Shown here in pieces: positions 61,290-64,000 of a stretch of 64,000 nt of DNA. The translations under genes and the position numbers were made by a program. Position 1 is the first letter of the stretch; each line of letters begins with the position of its first letter. This stretch comes from Eledone cirrhosa (lineage: Eukaryota): positions 71,734,001 through 71,798,000 of the forward strand of contig OZ024745.1 of the NCBI GenBank assembly GCA_964016885.1. Direction: 5' to 3'. The notes below the pieces were generated by a model that worked only from the letters and a program-made list of their open reading frames with translations, was not told the origin of the DNA and ran no database searches.

Positions 61290-64000
61290 TTTATGGAGTT
61301 GGAAGGAACTGAAAATAAAACTTTATGTTTAAAGAAAGTAAATATTAAAAATAGATAAAACAATAAGGGTTATGACAATAGGGTAAATGTGATGGTAATT
61401 AGTTGAGGTATAGCAGAAACGGAAAATTACTCAATATTATCTATTTATTTAGGATGTCAATACACCTCCAAATAGTTGCATTGTTATTTAAAACATACTA
61501 TTGAATTATATGTGAATATATATATATGCACGTGTGTTTGTATATTCACGTGTATACAGTTATGACTGTTCGAATCAGGTGATATAAAATTGGGTGTTTA
61601 TTGGGTGTTTCGTTTTCAGAGTTTCTAGTGCGTAATTCTTAAATTACTGGCGTGTGTGTGTGTGTGTGTGTATTACCATTGTTTTAGGGTTTTCTTCAGA
61701 AATGACACAGTAAAACATTACTTTTATAACATATGCTTTAAGACATATAAATACGAATATAAACATGCACGTTTGTGCACATGTGAAGGAACACAATCAT
61801 GATAATTATTTTGAATTACAAAACAGGTTTCATCTGCAGAACCAGAAAATATACTTCAACCATGCTCCGTTGAGGAACTGGTAAAACGTACAAATACTTC
61901 TTCGCACACTTGGGAGAGTAAATCCTTAATATGTTTAAGTTTGTATATAAAAATAAAAGTCACTCACTCTGTAGGAAGTCTTCGCTATACCAACAATATC
62001 TTTCCCATTGCCGCGTGCTATCTTGCGTGCTATCCTCAAATCAGTTCTACTTTTCTGAAATTTCTCACTGAATAACTGCCTTAGTTGACCTTTGTGTGAT
62101 CATATTCCTTATGGAATGCACTATTTGGAGGGATTTACTCAAATGGTTAATAATTTCATTACTAAGAAAATTATTCAACATTATTCTTATATAAAATTAC
62201 CAGATTCGAACATTTGAATTCATCGAGGGAATTTTCAAAATGGATGGTCTTGTTTCATAGAACCAGAGGCGGTTTTGGCCAGGATGGTATGAAAAGGGTT
62301 AATTTAATTTATCTGATTCCTTTTCTGTAGTTAACATTATTGCGTGACAAACATCGATTTATAGAGTATAATAGGCAGCGAAGTGGTATTTTTTCGGCAC
62401 TCTACGTTCTGAGTTCAAATCCTGCCGAGGTCAACCTTATTTTTCATCCCCTCGAAGTCGATAAATAAAGTTCTATTTCAAAGCTGAGTTGATTCTTTCT
62501 ATGCATATCTTTCCGACTTCCCTTTTCTCTCCTTCTTTCTCTGCAACAATCGACTATATTCAGATATAAAGAGGGATGAGCTCCACTAAGTTTTAAAATG
62601 CCCGAGACACGCCGCATGTAACGATGATGCACCTATGATTCCTTCAAGAGTTAAATGATCAGTGACTTACTTTCGTCCTCAGCATTATGAGTTCAAGTAA
62701 GGTAACTCTGGATATTCATTTGTCTCAGATGAATATCCAGAGTTACCTTACTTGAACTCATGAGCTTGTCGTATGCTAATCTCCCTGTGTACCTATACTT
62801 AAAGATTCTTTAAATGTTTTACTTTACCACTTGCTGTTCTCGCTTTGTCACGTAGGTTAGTGACCTAATACCTTGTCCTCTCACTTTGTTTGCTCTTTTC
62901 AGCATTATTTACAGCCAAGGGTCTTGTATAATGTACCAAGGTTCAATCTTTCCTCACTGCTCACGGACTTCTATTTTGCGAATTTCAAATCTAGTAAGCT
63001 TATTCTATTAGATAGCTGTTTTATTCCACAATTATGATTGACTACTCAATCTTATATACACCTTAATAATTACTTCTCATATAGGAACATGGTCAGCAAT
63101 TGTTTTTGAGGCGGGATGGGGGGGGGGGGGGGAGAGAGAGAAAAAGTTGATTAAATCGACCCCAGTAGTTGACTGGTACTTTATTTCATCAACCCCAGAA
63201 GGATGAAACTCAAAGTTGACTTCGGCCAGATTTGATCTCAGAACGTATAGGAGCGTACCTAAATGCTACAAAGCAGTTTGTTTGACACTCTAACGAAACG
63301 TCTGGCCTTTTTGTTCCATGAATTCTAAATAAGTAAAAAAAAGTAATTGAATTGTTAACCTTGTTCTTCAAAAACAGAAATCAAATTCATGTCAATGAGA
63401 TAAATAGGCAAAAAAAAAAGCCAACAAATTTCGAAGTATTCTATATAGTATTTATTCACAAACATTAGTAAAAAATAATTAACCCATGAGAATTTTTTTT
63501 CATATGAATCGTAATTATGTTTATCAAGCTGGTCCCTTTAAGAAGTCAATAGTGAGTATTATTGTTTATGTAATAAAAATTGAAAAAAAGAAAAGAAAAT
63601 ACAAAACATAAAATGAATAATTATATAAAAATGAATTGAAGTAAATTAATCCTCCCATGTTATGTTTAAAAGTTATGTATGTATGTATGTATAAAGTTTC
63701 TAATGGCTTGTGACTGCGATTCACCTAACACTTCTATTTGTACGTTTCTATAATAAATTAGAACGTGTCGATGTTTGTAGGTGCTTTTGGAAACATAAAA
63801 ACGATCTGAGTTTCCTATTTTCCCCCAACAACTTGTGGAATACACTTTTATTCACATCACTTGTTAGCACCAGTATTGTGTTCATCTGGCTGAACGTAAT
63901 CTGCAACGAAAAGAAAATATTCACATATGAAATAGCAAATAAAAATGTTTTGGTGCTGTTTTTTTAGAAGTAATTTGGACGTTAGGCCAAGAGACCGAGA

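Overview
AT-rich, microsatellite-dense animal genomic DNA. The RTE LINE, tRNA-SINE and (TA)n repertoire suggests a cephalopod mollusc (inference). Two host genes, both on the minus strand: (1) a complete PRPF31 (U4/U6 snRNP splicing factor), reconstructed by hand as 13 coding exons from 37016 to 9341 (1470 nt, 489 aa, all GT-AG, phases consistent); (2) an intronless secreted CE4 chitin/polysaccharide deacetylase (60161-61189). The rest is mostly transposons: four RTE LINE copies inside PRPF31 introns, a complete but decayed Ty3/Gypsy element (40387-47181), a second LTR fragment with four tandem PBS copies, CRE-, R4/Dong- and CR1-like remnants, a non-autonomous Helitron, piggyBac-type MITEs and SINEs. 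Most interesting: (a) a dispersed set of (TA)n-embedded fold-back elements carrying complete or half type I hammerhead ribozymes (Penelope-like/retrozyme-type), including a near-canonical one at 229-301 and one at 47458-47541 whose host element is split by the Gypsy; (b) the last intron of PRPF31 holds tandem copies of its own exon end plus donor (AG/GT ratchet-like sites) and 23 tandem acceptor-like units next to the true acceptor. Coordinates were read by eye and may be off by a few bases.
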